Below are positions 11,759 through 23,728 of a stretch of 64,000 nt of DNA, in pieces. The translations under genes were made by a program, and so were the position numbers. The notes below the pieces were generated by a model that was given only the letters and a program-made list of their open reading frames with translations, was not told the origin of the DNA and ran no database searches. The stretch comes from Saprolegnia diclina VS20 (taxonomy: Eukaryota). Positions within the stretch are counted from its first letter, which is position 1, and each line of letters starts with the position of its first letter. The DNA is taken from positions 687,824 through 751,823 of the forward strand of contig NW_008246084.1 of the NCBI RefSeq assembly GCF_000281045.1, read 5' to 3'.

Positions 11759-12997
11759 TTACATCTTGGCCAAGGTCGCCAAGTAACCATCCAGCAGCGG
11801 CACAAGCTGCTTTCGAGACATGGCAATGTTGGCTTGGTCAAAGGCGTCGACGGCGGCCTCGCCGAGCGCATCGAGCGGTGTGAGCTGCAACGGCGCACGG
11901 TTCAGAAAGGCGACGAGGTCGTCTCGCAGGCGGCGGTCAGGGCAGTACAAGAGCAGCTGGCGCTTTGGCCCGTCCGCCGCATGCACCATCGACTGCACGA
12001 GGGCAAATGTGAGGCCGAGGCGCGACCGGTGGGCTTCCAGCTGCGCCAGCGGGCTCTCTCCCTTGGCCCAAAACGTCGGCAGCGGCACCAAGATGGCACT
12101 CGAGCCATACGAGACGCCCGACGATTCGAATCGCTTGTAGTCGTACGCAAGGCAGTTGGCAAACGTAAAGCGCGACCAGTTGTCCGGGCTAAACTTCTCT
12201 TCGACGAGCCACGCATACAAGTCGTGTCGGGGCACGAGCGAGAGCGCATCAAGTTTGTCCAAGACGGCTTGGTCCCGCGCCGTGCCCTTCTTGGCGGCCG
12301 CGTCCATGTTCATCGTGTCGAGAGCGATGACGCCCAGAAGCAGCGTCACTTCGAGCGGCTGCAGGGATACACTCTAAGCACAGGCCATTCGAGTCGGTCA
12401 AAGTGGATGCTGGTTCGTACGCGCTCGGCGACAAGCGTGCAGGCGGACCCGACCAACGCGCGGCCGCCCGCGTCCGTGCGCTCGAATGCAATGTCACGCG
12501 ACGAGCCTGTCACATGTCCATGCGCACCGAGGTCATCGTGATGGTCCATGATCGCCACCTGCCATCATTATCATCATCTGGAAGTCAACCGATTTGGGGC
12601 GTACCACGGACGCATCCAGCGACGCGAGCGCGGCCTTGAGCTTGTTGTGGTCCGTCAAGACGAGCCGCAGCTTCTGCGCCGCATGGAGGCTGGCGAGGTC
12701 GATCTCGTCTTGGAAGAGGAGCGCGTCTACGTCAATGTGGGCGGCGCAGAAGAGCGCGCTCACTTCGCAGCGCAGCGCAAACTGGTCGCGGTCGACGCTC
12801 ATGACGGGCACGGCTGAGACCGCGAACGCATACACCAAGCTGCTCACCATCGAGTCGGCGTCGCAGGCCTCGTTGCCCATGACGACCTGCACGGAAGCGG
12901 CGGTCGCGACCGCCTGGCGCGCCTGGCGAAGGAACGCATTGAGTTTCTCGGCGTGGGCTGGCGCAAAGGCCGCTTGGATCGCCGCCGTCCGACTCAT
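11759..12997 (-). CDS. Exopolyphosphatase PPX1/Prune-like (DHH + DHHA2), multi-exon
   Basis: VMGNEACDADSMVS, LVLTDHN, IMDHH, VGSACTLVAE, LLLGVIALDTMNM, DYKRF, MSRKQLVPLL motifs across three spliced ORFs. Confidence 0.88.
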
Positions 12998-13936
12998 TTC
13001 ACTGCAAGACTTGATATGGGTTATATATGCACCCTCGAAGGTTTTATCCGCTGCCACAAATACCGCGATTAAAACGCCACATTTATCGATCCTAGTTGTG
13101 GCGTAGCGGTCGAGGCGCCAAGCCGCGACGCCGTCAGCCGCCAGTCGCCACGAAGGGTCCGAGCAAAATTTGCCGCCGGCGACCCACACACGGAGTATTC
13201 ATCACCCTCTGGGAATGCGGAACCTACCGCCTTCAAGCGATCGAATCGGCAGAGTTGTCGCAGGCCAGGAAAGAGTGGCTTCGACGCAACGACAGCCGTC
13301 ACCCAAGCTGCGGCATGCCAAGCCGCGCGCCGATCAACCTGGCCTTCTGCGGTGATAGGAGGTCGTCGCCCTTGGCTTCGCCTCGTTTTCTTGCGCCTAA
13401 TATGATCGCGTCCGTCCCTCGCGGTCGCAGCTTGTCCGTGACGAACCACAGGATTCGGCCCCGTAGATTGGTCAAGTACGCACCCTAAAGGCACTGACGA
13501 TTGACGGATCTGAAGCAGCCTGCACCCTGAACTACAGTACCTCGAACGCCTAGTACAGTACGTGAGCGATAGATTCATTGACATCGAGTATGGCTCGTCG
13601 CTCGTGGGCGCAACTGACTTGGCTGCTGCGCGGCGCCATATCATCTCCTTCGGTACTCGATTTTATACAGTGTATCGGTGCCCTATCACTTTTGGCCGTT
13701 TCTCTTCACTGGTCCAAAGCCCCTCTTGGGCGTGGCACTTGAAGTTTGTATACCAAGATCGTCATCTGCAGCTGATATAAACTTCGATGGGTGCCCTTTG
13801 CGTTTGTATGCACGTTGTCGAAGGCACAGCTTCGAAGTTCGCAAATGGGGCAAGGCCATTGGTCCAAACCCGCCGCCCAAGATATTTACAGTACGAACGC
13901 ACGATGGCCGTCGTCGGTCACTTTCCTTTCGTCACG

Positions 13937-15433
13937 ATGGCCCGCGAAGAGTACATTCCGCTGACCAAGCCTGAGAACGCCGGCATCCGCCGCGCCGAAG
14001 CCAAGTGGTACAACCGCGTCAACAAGGTCGCGGTCGCGGCCGTCGCGGCCTCGGCGCTCCTCCTCACGGCTGGCTTCTCGGGCTCCGTGACGCTGGCGAC
14101 GACGGCGTTGACGCCGCTCGACGGTGCGTCGTTCTGCGACATTACCGGCCAGGCCTCGGGCTACATCAACCTCCCGCACAAGAAGGACGGCAACTACTTC
14201 TACTGGTTCTTCGAGTCGCGCGCCGACCCGGCGAACGACCCGCTCGTGCTCTGGCTCACGGGCGGCCCCGGCGGCTCGAGCATGATGGCGCTCCTCACCG
14301 AGAACGGCCCGTGCTCCGTCTCGGCCGACGGCACGCACACGGTGCCCAACCCGCACTCGTGGACCAACAACGCCAACGTCATCTGGGTCGACCAGCCGAT
14401 CGGCACGGGCTTCTCGTACGGCGCCAAGGGTGACTACGACCACAACGAGTTCGACGTGGCCCAGAACATGCACGCGTTCCTCAACGGCTGGCGCGATGCC
14501 CACCCCAAGTTTGCCAACCACAAGCTCTTCATCGCTGGCGAGTCGTATGCCGGTCACTACATCCCGGCGATCGCCGCGCACATCCTCGATACGGCCAACG
14601 ACAACGATGGCTACAAGCCCATCGAGCTCTCGGGCGTTGCTATCGGCAACGGCCTCACCAACCCGACGGTCCAGCTCGCGCACCACGCCGACATGCTCCA
14701 GGACAACGCGTATGGCAAGAAGCTCATGAACGACCACGACTTTGCCGCGTACAAGCTCGCGGTCAAGAAGGTCGTCGACCTTGCGCACAAGTGCAACGCC
14801 GAAAACGACAACCTCGCGTGCACGGAAGCCACCGCGCGCTGGATGACGGACGTGTCGCACCCGATCATGTCGGTCGCCAACGTCGACCCGTACGATCTCC
14901 GCAAGGACAACATTGCCGTCCTCAAGAAGGAGGTCGATGGCACGCACGCGCCGCTCTCGCCCGATATGGTCGCCAACTTTGGCTCGCCGGCCGTCCACGC
15001 CTTCCTCAACAACAAGCTCGTCCAGGAGAAGCTCAACGTGCACACGGACCGTGTCCACGGCTGGAACGAAATCGCGCAGCACGTCTTCCGCAACTTTATG
15101 GGCGACTTCTCCAAGACCTTTGACGGTATGGTGGCCAACATCCTCGACGCCAACGTCCCGGTCCTTATCTACGCCGGCGACGCCGACTTGGTCTGCAACT
15201 GGAAGGGCAACTACGCCTGGACCACCGGTCTCGAGTGGAGCGGCAAGAAGGCCTTCAACGCCGCCAAGACCGCTGATCTTGTTGTCGACGGTGTTGCCGC
15301 CGGCACCGTGCAGTCGGCCGACAAGCTCACGTTCGCCCGCATCTACAACGCCGGCCACATGGTCCCCGCCGACCAGCCCAAGGTCGCGCTCGAGATGATC
15401 AACCGCTTCCTTGCCGGCAAGCCGTTGGCGTAA
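13937..15433 (+). CDS. Serine carboxypeptidase, family S10
   Basis: YFYWFFESR, PLVLWLTGGPGGSS, WVDQPIGTGFSY, catalytic GESYAG, YAGDADLVCN, AGHMVP. N-terminal TM/signal anchor. Confidence 0.95.
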   Translation: MAREEYIPLTKPENAGIRRAEAKWYNRVNKVAVAAVAASALLLTAGFSGSVTLATTALTPLDGASFCDITGQASGYINLPHKKDGNYFYWFFESRADPANDPLVLWLTGGPGGSSMMALLTENGPCSVSADGTHTVPNPHSWTNNANVIWVDQPIGTGFSYGAKGDYDHNEFDVAQNMHAFLNGWRDAHPKFANHKLFIAGESYAGHYIPAIAAHILDTANDNDGYKPIELSGVAIGNGLTNPTVQLAHHADMLQDNAYGKKLMNDHDFAAYKLAVKKVVDLAHKCNAENDNLACTEATARWMTDVSHPIMSVANVDPYDLRKDNIAVLKKEVDGTHAPLSPDMVANFGSPAVHAFLNNKLVQEKLNVHTDRVHGWNEIAQHVFRNFMGDFSKTFDGMVANILDANVPVLIYAGDADLVCNWKGNYAWTTGLEWSGKKAFNAAKTADLVVDGVAAGTVQSADKLTFARIYNAGHMVPADQPKVALEMINRFLAGKPLA

Positions 15434-15822
15434 GCATATGTGTGTTGATTCTTCTTAATCGAATGCCGTGCGGTCGTTCCTCGGTCTTTTAGTCGCGTAG
15501 TCGATGCTGGCATCGGTCCATTATATACTACTAGTATGTGTATTTTTCAAGTGCCAGATGTTCTAGTCGGTCGTTGCACAGCCAAGCACAGTCCCATACC
15601 CAAATAAAATAGAGCTACCGGTACCGGTACTGAGACGTGGAGCTATTATATACTACTACATATGTAGTAGGGAGCAATGTGGCTTGCACAAACTCGTGCC
15701 GCAGTAAATATCATGTCACGATTACTTGATTAGGGTTGGGTGGGTTACCCATCTTGGGACTGCGGTTGATCACGCGCCTGAAATAGGGAAAAGGCGCCAG
15801 CGGTTATCGGACGACGGCCTTC

Positions 15823-18800
15823 ATGCGCATCGCTGCCGCCGGGCCCGAGGCCAGTGGCGAAAATGCACCGAACGTCGTCCACGTCCTGCACTCGGCGCGA
15901 GCGCTCGCAGGCGCGGCGACCCGCATCCAAGCGTGGTTCCGGCTCTTCCGGCAACAAACGTCGTTTGTGGTCGTGCGCGAAAAGTACCTCCAACTGCTCG
16001 CGACGATCGGAGACGACCACGTCGGCGTGCTGCGGAAATGGTACTGCATCTACCTGCAGTGCCGCCGCCCGCAAGCAAAGCCGCCGGTCCACGCGGCGTC
16101 CTGGGAGGTCGTGTCGGTCCACACGATGCGCCGCACGCTGCAGTCGCTACCGCCCAACGCGTCTGCCTCTGTCTCTATTCAACTCGTTTCACACTCGGCG
16201 TAGGTCGGAAGAGGTCATTTATGCGTTCTTGGAGGCGCTGCCGTCCCGATGGCTGGTCGTCGACTGGACAGACCGCGACGACATGGCCCGACGCGCCCGA
16301 CGCGATGACGACGACGAGGACGAAGACGAAATGCGACCGCAGGACACTCTGCTCCACATCGTTGTGCGGCGGTGCAGCAATGTATCCCGCGCCTGCTTGG
16401 ATCTCTTCCAGCACGATGAAAGCACGAGTCTTCAGCACCTGGTACGCACGCATGGATATGCATCTTGTCATGTGTGGGGGGTAGGGGGCGCGCGACCAAA
16501 GCATCGTGCACGCTGCCGCCGAAGGCGGGCATCTGCGGACACTGCAGGCGCTTCTCGTGGCCGGTGGCAACATGCACGCCAAAGACATCTCGGGGGCCAC
16601 GCCGCTCCACCTCGCCGCCGCCAACGGGCACGTGGCCATCGTACAGTACTTGGCCGAGATGATGCACATGCCGCTCAACGTCACGACCGAGAGCGGCGAG
16701 ACCCCGTTGCATCTCGCGGCGACGCACAACCACGTATCCGTCGTCGGGTACCTCTTGTCGCAAAAGTGCAATCTCAACGCGGTGACCACGGCCCACTTTT
16801 GCTCGGCGCTGCATTCCGCCGCGACACGTGGCCACCTCGACGTCGTCAAACAGCTCTTACAGGCGCATGCGGACGTGCTGCCCAATGCCATCGGCAACAC
16901 GATCCTGCATGTCGCTGCGGAGCACAACTACACGGACATGTTGGCCTATCTAAGCTCCTTGCCGCACATGGGCAACTTTGCCATGGCCGCCAACAACCGC
17001 GGCTACTCGCCACTGCACGTTGCCGCCGTCCATGGCGCCAAGGACGCCTACGCACTGCTCAATGCCAACCCGTGGCGCAGCAAGCCTGCGCTTGGACTTG
17101 TCGCTGTACGCACGGCACATGGAAGCTGACTGAATCGATGCGGACTCTAGGACTATGAAGGATACTTCCCGTTCGCGCTCTTAGCGCAATCGGACGGCAT
17201 CACGACCGACGACGCGATTGGACGCTACCTGCCGCGCACCGAAGAAGGTGCGGACGATGTGCCAATGTGGCATGCATGTGTCTTCCAGCAAGTGCTGCAC
17301 ACCGCACCCGAATTTGCGTGGGCCGTCTTGGACGCCTACGCGATCGCGGCGACCAACCAGCATGGCGCCCCGGCGCTCAGCATGCCCAAGGTAGGCTACA
17401 GGCACTAGGGTTGCAGTTCGCTACCGCTCATGCTCTTTGATCTTATTTATCTTATTTTCGGTGGGGTGCGTAGTTGGATGAGATGTACGGCGCTGATATC
17501 GAGTCGTCGCTACTCGGGATGCTTCTGGACCGTCTCGATGTCGCGTCCAAGAACGACCGGTCGGTGCTCTTGCGGCTCTTGCAGCACCCGATTCCGTCGC
17601 GCATTTTGCGCGTCAAGTGGAAGTCGTTTGGTCGACGCATCTACTACATGCAGCTCTTTGGCGCGGCCTTGCTCCTGGTCACCCTCACCATTGGCATTGC
17701 GATGGCTCGCCCGAATACGTCGTCGGGCAACGCGACGCAGCCGGCTGCCACCTTTTACGTGTCGCTCTTTCTCTGGATCGATTTCGTGCTCGTGTCCATA
17801 GCGGCCATTGCCATCAGCTGCGCGTACGAGCGCGTGCTGCGGTACGTGCGCCACGGCGTCATCCGGTTCCTGCGTGTGACCAAGGCGGCCGTGACCTCGC
17901 CGCGCTTTCTGGCCACGTCTCGGCACTTGCCAACCCGACCGACAAAAGGGGGGTTTCTCCGACGCCGGCTCAAGGAGCTGCTGCTGCGGCACTGCGTCTC
18001 GCCCTCGACGCCGTCCACATCGCTCGTCAACACGGTGCTCGCGATGGGTTTGCTCACAGTGACGACGAGCATCGCTGCATGGCTAACGCTCTTTGTGCTC
18101 TTTGGCCTCGGCAGCGCCACCGACGCCTCGCCGCGCACGGCTTTTCTCAACCTCAACCTTGCGGTTCAGTGGCTAGCAACGCTGTACATGTTGTCGTGGG
18201 AAGCTCTCGAGTGGTACGGTGCGCCACGCCGGTACTTCACCTCACACTGGAATTTCATTCAAGTCACTGTGTACTGCACCTTGTTGCTGCTGCCATTAAG
18301 TGCACCTTCGGACGAGACGCATGGCACGCTCTTGGCGCCGCTGGTGCTACTCTCGTATCTGAATTTCCTAGAGCTCCTTCGCTTCCACGACTGGACGGGC
18401 CCGATGATCTCGATGGTCCACTACATGCTGCGGGACGTGCGCAATTTTCTAGTGCTATACAGCGTGTTTCAGTTGGGCTTGACGTGCGCGTACTATGCGC
18501 TCCTGCAAGGCCAGCTTGGCTTCTCGACCTTCTCGGAGGCGTTCGTGTCGACGTACCTCATCATGTTTGGCCTCGGCGACGCCGATGTGATGCTACGCTC
18601 AGCGCCGTACCCCCAGCAGTATGTGCTCACGATTTGCTTCATGCTTCACTTTCTTATTGTTGTCATTGTGCTCCTCAATGCGCTCGTTGCTACCATGACC
18701 AAGTCGACAGATGCCATCTTGGACCAGGTTCAAGACCAAGTCGCTTGCAATCGCGCCCGCACGATCCTGCGCGCCGAAGTGACTGTACCGCACCGCCTTC

Positions 18801-19123
18801 GCGCGTCGCTCTGGGCGACTCTCCGAGCACGCGCAACGAAGCGGGGCGACTTGTACTTGTTCAAACCTACGACCGTGTCCAAAGACTATGAACAAGTCGA
18901 CGATGACGACGGCAACGATGCTAGCGCTGCGATGCAAGCGCTGGAAATTCGCCTCGCGCAATGTGTCGACACGATCGAGAGCCTCCGACGCGCGCAAGAG
19001 GACATGGAAGCCCGGCTTCTCGCCGAGTCGGCCAAGACCCAAGACGCCCTCGCGGCGCTCACTGCGCTCCTCGCCCAGCCACGCGCGCGAAAACTCAAGC
19101 TCACAGACGTCGAAGCGCGGTAG
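15823..19123 (+). CDS. Ankyrin-repeat TRP-like cation channel (TRPA/TRPV-like) with N-terminal IQ-like motif, multi-exon
   Basis: AATRIQAWFRLFRQQ; about 6 ankyrin repeats (GATPLHLAAANGH, GETPLHLAATHNH, GNTILHVAAEHN, GYSPLHVAAVHG); pre-S1 ILRVKWKSFG; multi-TM region with YFTSHWNFIQ, TGPMISMVHYMLRDV, pore FSTFSEAFVSTYLIMFG, S6 VIVLLNALVATMTKS; RARTILRAE; C-terminal coiled coil. Joining the exons into one gene is inferred. Confidence 0.75.
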
Positions 19124-19336
19124 AGACGCAAAGCTGTTTGTTCATCCTGTGCGTCTTGGTACAAAATAGCTATTAGGACCGTGCACTAAGAAAACAATCA
19201 GAAAGGTGGTGTCGACGACATGTGGACGTTTGGATTTGCATCACGTGCTGTCAGCGAACGACCCAAGCAGCGTGAAGAGCTCTGCCTACTAAAGTCCGAG
19301 GTTCCTACCGACGTCGGAGCCTCGAAGGCCTTGACA

Positions 19337-19500
19337 AAGCATGTCGTCATGGGCCTCACTCGCGGGCTCAAGCGCCCCCAGGCGACTATAGAAGAGCGAG
19401 ACGAGCCCCGCGCCGCCGCCTGCGCAGCCACGGACCGGCGGGCGAATGAAGAAGGAGATTGCTAGTCTCTGCGCAGGTCTCTATGTATGCAAAGTCTGTG
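19337..19500 (+). repeat. Degenerate dispersed repeat, copy 1
   Basis: aagcatgtcgtcatggg..gaagagcgagac..cgccgccgcctgcgcagc..gcgaatgaagaagga aligns by eye with 24671-24823. Confidence 0.7.
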
Positions 19501-19645
19501 TAATTATGAAGATAACGCGAAACACGTTCATATTTATAAATATATCCTACGCCATGTAGCTCTGTTTCCAGAGGCGCCAGCGCGACGACATTTATAAACC
19601 CAAAAAGGGTAAAAATCGCCCCGTTCCCAGAAGCAGCGTATCGGG

Positions 19646-20733
19646 TTATTTTCGTAAATACGGCACAAACACGAGAGCCGTGACGGCCGAGACGCCAAAG
19701 CTCAGTGCGGCCATCGGCTTCTTCTTCGACTCGACCAGAATCTACACCATATTCAATCGATGATCCTGGCGGACTCGATACCATTGTGGACGTGATCGCA
19801 GTCGAAAAGCACGACAGCGAGCCGCAAAACGACGAGACAAACTTGGCGACGACGACGTTCTGGACCGCGCTCGGCACAAAGTAGCTCGTGCCATAGGCTA
19901 ACACAAGGAAGAGGACGCTTGCGAGGTTGCAGCGCCACGCGCCCCAGTCGACGAGCCCCTCGTACTTGCCGTGGCCCACGTACATGGACGCAAAGATGCC
20001 CAGGCACGACATGAGCATGCCGACCACGAGCTCGAGGGCTTCGTTGACTTGGAAGTTTCCGAGAAAATGCGCGTCTTTCGGGTCGCTACGTGCGTGCTCA
20101 CAACCAAAGAGAAGGTACCAGTGCGTGTACCGGACAAAGCCGCTGGGGCCAATAATGGCGACGAGGAGAACGATCCCGATGAAGAGCGAGAGGCAGTTCC
20201 AGAGGTAGAGCACGGGCGGGAGATGGCGTGGGAACTTGCGCGCGTCAATGGACCAGTGCATGAGCCGCTGCCCGACAAGGAATGCGATCGAAGCGTAGCA
20301 CATAGTCGAGAGGATATAGAGCGGCCCGAGAAACGCACTGCGCGCGACGAGGTCGCCGGCGTGGTCGACCATGTAGCAGTAGGACGTAAAGACCCTAAGG
20401 CGAGGCTGCGTGAGCCGCGCGCACGGACGAGCTATACCCGAGGAAGACAGTGCGAAAGTAGCGACAGGCGCGCTTCCACTCGTCTTGGGCCGTCGCGTTC
20501 TGGAGCGTGTACGCGCAGCCTTCGAGGAACGGTCCAAGAATGTTGAGGAGCGTCGCGCTGACGTTGATGCCTGTCGTCTCGTGGGCCCACACGGGAACAA
20601 AGCACGTCGTCAAGCACTCGGCCGCGCACGCAAAGAGCACTGCGTGGCGTACGTGCCTCCAGAGCTTTGTCGCCCACTCCTTGTCCTTGGCCTCGGTCGA
20701 GAGGTAGACGACAGGCAGCATGGCCGATGCCAT
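19646..20733 (-). CDS. Divergent Fluc/CrcB two-domain (FEX-like) membrane protein, 3 exons
   Basis: Domain 1: ATLLNILGPFLEG and RTVFLGVFTSYCYM. Domain 2: WRCNLASVLFLV and VSSFCGSLSCFSTA. These resemble the Fluc TM2 Asn motif and the GFxGxLTTFSTF motif. About 9 hydrophobic segments. Confidence 0.55.
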
Positions 20734-21237
20734 CGCTGGTCGGAGCGGTCCATCTGCACTGGCGCTGCCGGCCTCGAGCCCGTCGCCGGCCTTGCGCCGG
20801 TTTTGCTGCATCCGTTGCAATGTGCAGTCGCGGGCGCATCCGATTGGTCCAGATTCTGATTAGGTTCAACAAGGACATTGCCGAATTGGATTCAAATCAT
20901 TTCAGGGCATTGAGGGCTGATACAGCTCTGCCGCAAGTTGTCGCCAGCCTCGCAGGAGCAACGTCACTGTCACAGTAGACGATACCGCGGTAGCTAGATA
21001 GGGAATTAGAGAAGCTAATGGAGCCGGCACCGACGCCAAGCCCGCCAAAACAAATGTCGCCGCCATTCACGGCAGCCTCAACCCGAGAACCGAACCCTAG
21101 CTCACCCCAAACCCACCATGAGGGCCAAGACCTCGGGCGTATTCAACACTCGGTGACGCATAACATAGTATTACATTGGCCGCCGCATAGTACTTGTTGA
21201 TGCAGCATGTCTTGCCAAGACGAGCGAACGTGGCGGG

Positions 21238-22794
21238 TCACGGCTGGTCTTGATCGCCACGAAGGCGCCGTGCAGCCGTCGCCGAAGCCTCTTGCGCATT
21301 CGTGATCTCGCGCGATATCAAGCACGTCCGGTACGGCGGTAGATCCGAGAGGAGTGCATTGCAAACCCGCTGGTCGTCGGTTTTGCCGATCGTCCTGGTG
21401 GCGTCAATCACTGTCGTCGTCGTGAGCTCCACGTACGTCCACGCATGCAAGAGAGCAGCGACGCCGCTCGCACCCAGTGGGTTGTTGCCAATGCGCCATT
21501 CAGCCAGCCGTGGGAGATGTCCGAGGAGGCTGCTCAGCGCCGCGGCCCCATCAACCTCGATGGCGTTACGGCGAAGGTCCAACGTACTCAAACGCGTCGT
21601 GTGCACGAGCGCCGTCGAGAGCGTGGACGCGCCGACGTCACCAAAGCCTTGGCCGACAAGGGCAAGCGTCTCAAGCTGCAGCGTATGTCGAAGAAACGGA
21701 GCGAGGGCGAGAACGCCGGTGTCGCCCATCTTGTTGGACGTAAGACTGAGATGCGCATAGCGTGGCACAAGTGGTGCGAGTGTAAGGCAGTGGGTCGTCG
21801 AGAGGCGAACGTTGGTCAAGCGCAGCGTCAAAAGCTGGTGCAGATGCGGCAGGTCGACTTCGAGAAAGTGCTGCGTCGCGTGCATATCACTGTCGGTTGC
21901 GGTGGAGGAAAGACACAGGTGGAGCGACTGCAGCGGGCTCTGGACAAACACGCCGGCGACGCTCTGCATCGGTGACGAGCCAGAGAGACGGAGGTCGAGG
22001 TGCGTCAGGTGGCGCGACATTGGGCAGCCGCTATTTCCCAGCTGAAGGTCGGTGTTGGGTAGTGCCAGAGCTACGAGTGTAGGCTTGAGCCAATAGCGTT
22101 GTCGTGGCGAGAGCTCATAAAAGTTGTTCAATGTCAGAGACGTGAGCGGTGTCGCCTCGATCCAAGCGGCAAGCGCCTCGGCCGCAGCGTCCGGGAAGCG
22201 CACCTTGTAGATTGCGCGCAGCGACAGCTTGGTCACGCTTTTCATCGACACGAGAAGGTCCACGAGCGCGCTGAGCGCGTTGCTCTGTGAGGTGCTGCTC
22301 TGTGAGCGCAGCACTGCAAAGTGTACGTCGATCGATCGGAGCGACGCGTTCGCCAGGAGCACTTCCTGGAGGGTCGCTAGCACACGCGGTAGTATGGCGC
22401 GCTTCTTCATCGTGAGGGAGATGGAGATGTGGTCGAGCCTCGGCCACGTGCGCGGTGGCGTGGCGACCACTGGCACATGGGGCAATCCATATACCATGAC
22501 GGACAGGCGCGGGTTCACGGTGAGTAGCTGCGCGATCACGTCGTTGGCATTCGCAAGCTGCGTGAGAATAGCAAGGTTGAGCGTGGGCCAAACAACTTCA
22601 AGGCCCAGAGCTTTCGATAGCGTCGCGATGAGCTGCAGCACCGGCGTGCGCATCTGCTCGGGCAGCGCTGCGAGGAACGCCGTCATGCCTTCAGAAGGCA
22701 AATATGTCGCGATGGCCTCGAGAAGCTCGGGCGACAGCAGCATGACGCGGCGCCGGTACATGTCCACCGCGGCACCGGTCAGCTGCGTCGTCAT
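21238..22794 (-). CDS. RI-like leucine-rich-repeat protein with F-box-like N-terminus
   Basis: LSPELLEAIATYLP; LRRs LSLTSNKMGDTGVLALA, LALVGQGFGDVGASTLS, LDLRRNAIEVDGAAALS, WRIGNNPLGASGVAALL. Confidence 0.8.
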   Translation of the reverse strand: MTTQLTGAAVDMYRRRVMLLSPELLEAIATYLPSEGMTAFLAALPEQMRTPVLQLIATLSKALGLEVVWPTLNLAILTQLANANDVIAQLLTVNPRLSVMVYGLPHVPVVATPPRTWPRLDHISISLTMKKRAILPRVLATLQEVLLANASLRSIDVHFAVLRSQSSTSQSNALSALVDLLVSMKSVTKLSLRAIYKVRFPDAAAEALAAWIEATPLTSLTLNNFYELSPRQRYWLKPTLVALALPNTDLQLGNSGCPMSRHLTHLDLRLSGSSPMQSVAGVFVQSPLQSLHLCLSSTATDSDMHATQHFLEVDLPHLHQLLTLRLTNVRLSTTHCLTLAPLVPRYAHLSLTSNKMGDTGVLALAPFLRHTLQLETLALVGQGFGDVGASTLSTALVHTTRLSTLDLRRNAIEVDGAAALSSLLGHLPRLAEWRIGNNPLGASGVAALLHAWTYVELTTTTVIDATRTIGKTDDQRVCNALLSDLPPYRTCLISREITNAQEASATAARRLRGDQDQP

Positions 22795-23551
22795 CACGCT
22801 GGCCTGGATATGGGCAAGGGTATATAAGAGATGAGGGTGTGTCACGCCCATACAAACCTGCGGCGGATGATGCGGGAGGAGCCATCGTATCCGAACTGTC
22901 CGGATGATGATTTTTTGTTAAAATTTGATTAAAATGCGCTCCGCGGCCGCTGAGCGGCGCTTGGGTCTCTGTGCATGTAGCGCTCAAAGCAAAGCTTTTC
23001 ACGGCGCATGAAGCAGTCCCTTGCATGCACACACTTTAATTGTATAGATTAGTCTTTCGAAACGCATGAAACGAATTCAGATGCGCTTCGTTAGCCAGCA
23101 AATAGTCCAATGTTGGGCATTCTTGGACACACAGACATGAAAATGGAAGTCTTTCACGGCTTGCCTTAAGACAAAACTTTGCATCCAGAGCGTCGTCATG
23201 GCTGACACAAAGAGGATTCACGATAATACTCTGGATGGAGGTCTGCGGCGGCTCATATTGGGGTGAAACTCCGCCAGCACGTGTGTTAGGACATAGCAAA
23301 AGAGCCACGTACAATTGAAGGTGCCGCTGCAGTTTCATTGGGCGGCACCTAGAATCCAGGGAGGTGATTGGGCGCCTCCACTTTTGGAGGCCGAAGGTAA
23401 GATTGCGTCATCAGCTCTTGATCGATGCATTTCCCCTTGCCGCTTCGCACACTGCACCGGAATAAAACGATGATAAATAGGATCCAGGATTTTTTCCCTC
23501 TCTCTTCTTTTTCGGCTGCGCCATAAATTGCCACTTTACCATTTAAATGGC

Positions 23552-23728
23552 TCATCGCCATAGGTACAGGCCCGCGCAGCTGTAGCTAAACTTGCTCGCA
23601 TCCGCCGTCAAGAAGACGTACACGCGGTACAAGGCGCCCGTGGACGCCACCGACACGAAGGTTTCGGTCATTGTCGCCTCGGGGTGGGTCGCATCCTCAA
23701 TCTGCTTGAGGTACGTGAGGGTGTTCAT
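23552..23728 (-). CDS. Putative 58-aa small protein or gene relic
   Basis: ATG..TGA ORF MNTLTYLKQIEDATHPEATMTETFVSVASTGALYRVYVFLTADASKFSYSCAGLYLWR with GC3-rich, gene-like codons in an otherwise AT-richer interval. Confidence 0.3.
   Translation of the reverse strand: MNTLTYLKQIEDATHPEATMTETFVSVASTGALYRVYVFLTADASKFSYSCAGLYLWR

Noticed and set aside
13200..13900. Protein-like fragments between PPX1 and the carboxypeptidase
   Set aside because: Short, interrupted and unassignable; not supportable as a gene.
23036..23338. 100-aa ATG ORF with a signal-like N-terminus
   Set aside because: AT-rich codon usage unlike the real genes and no recognisable motif.
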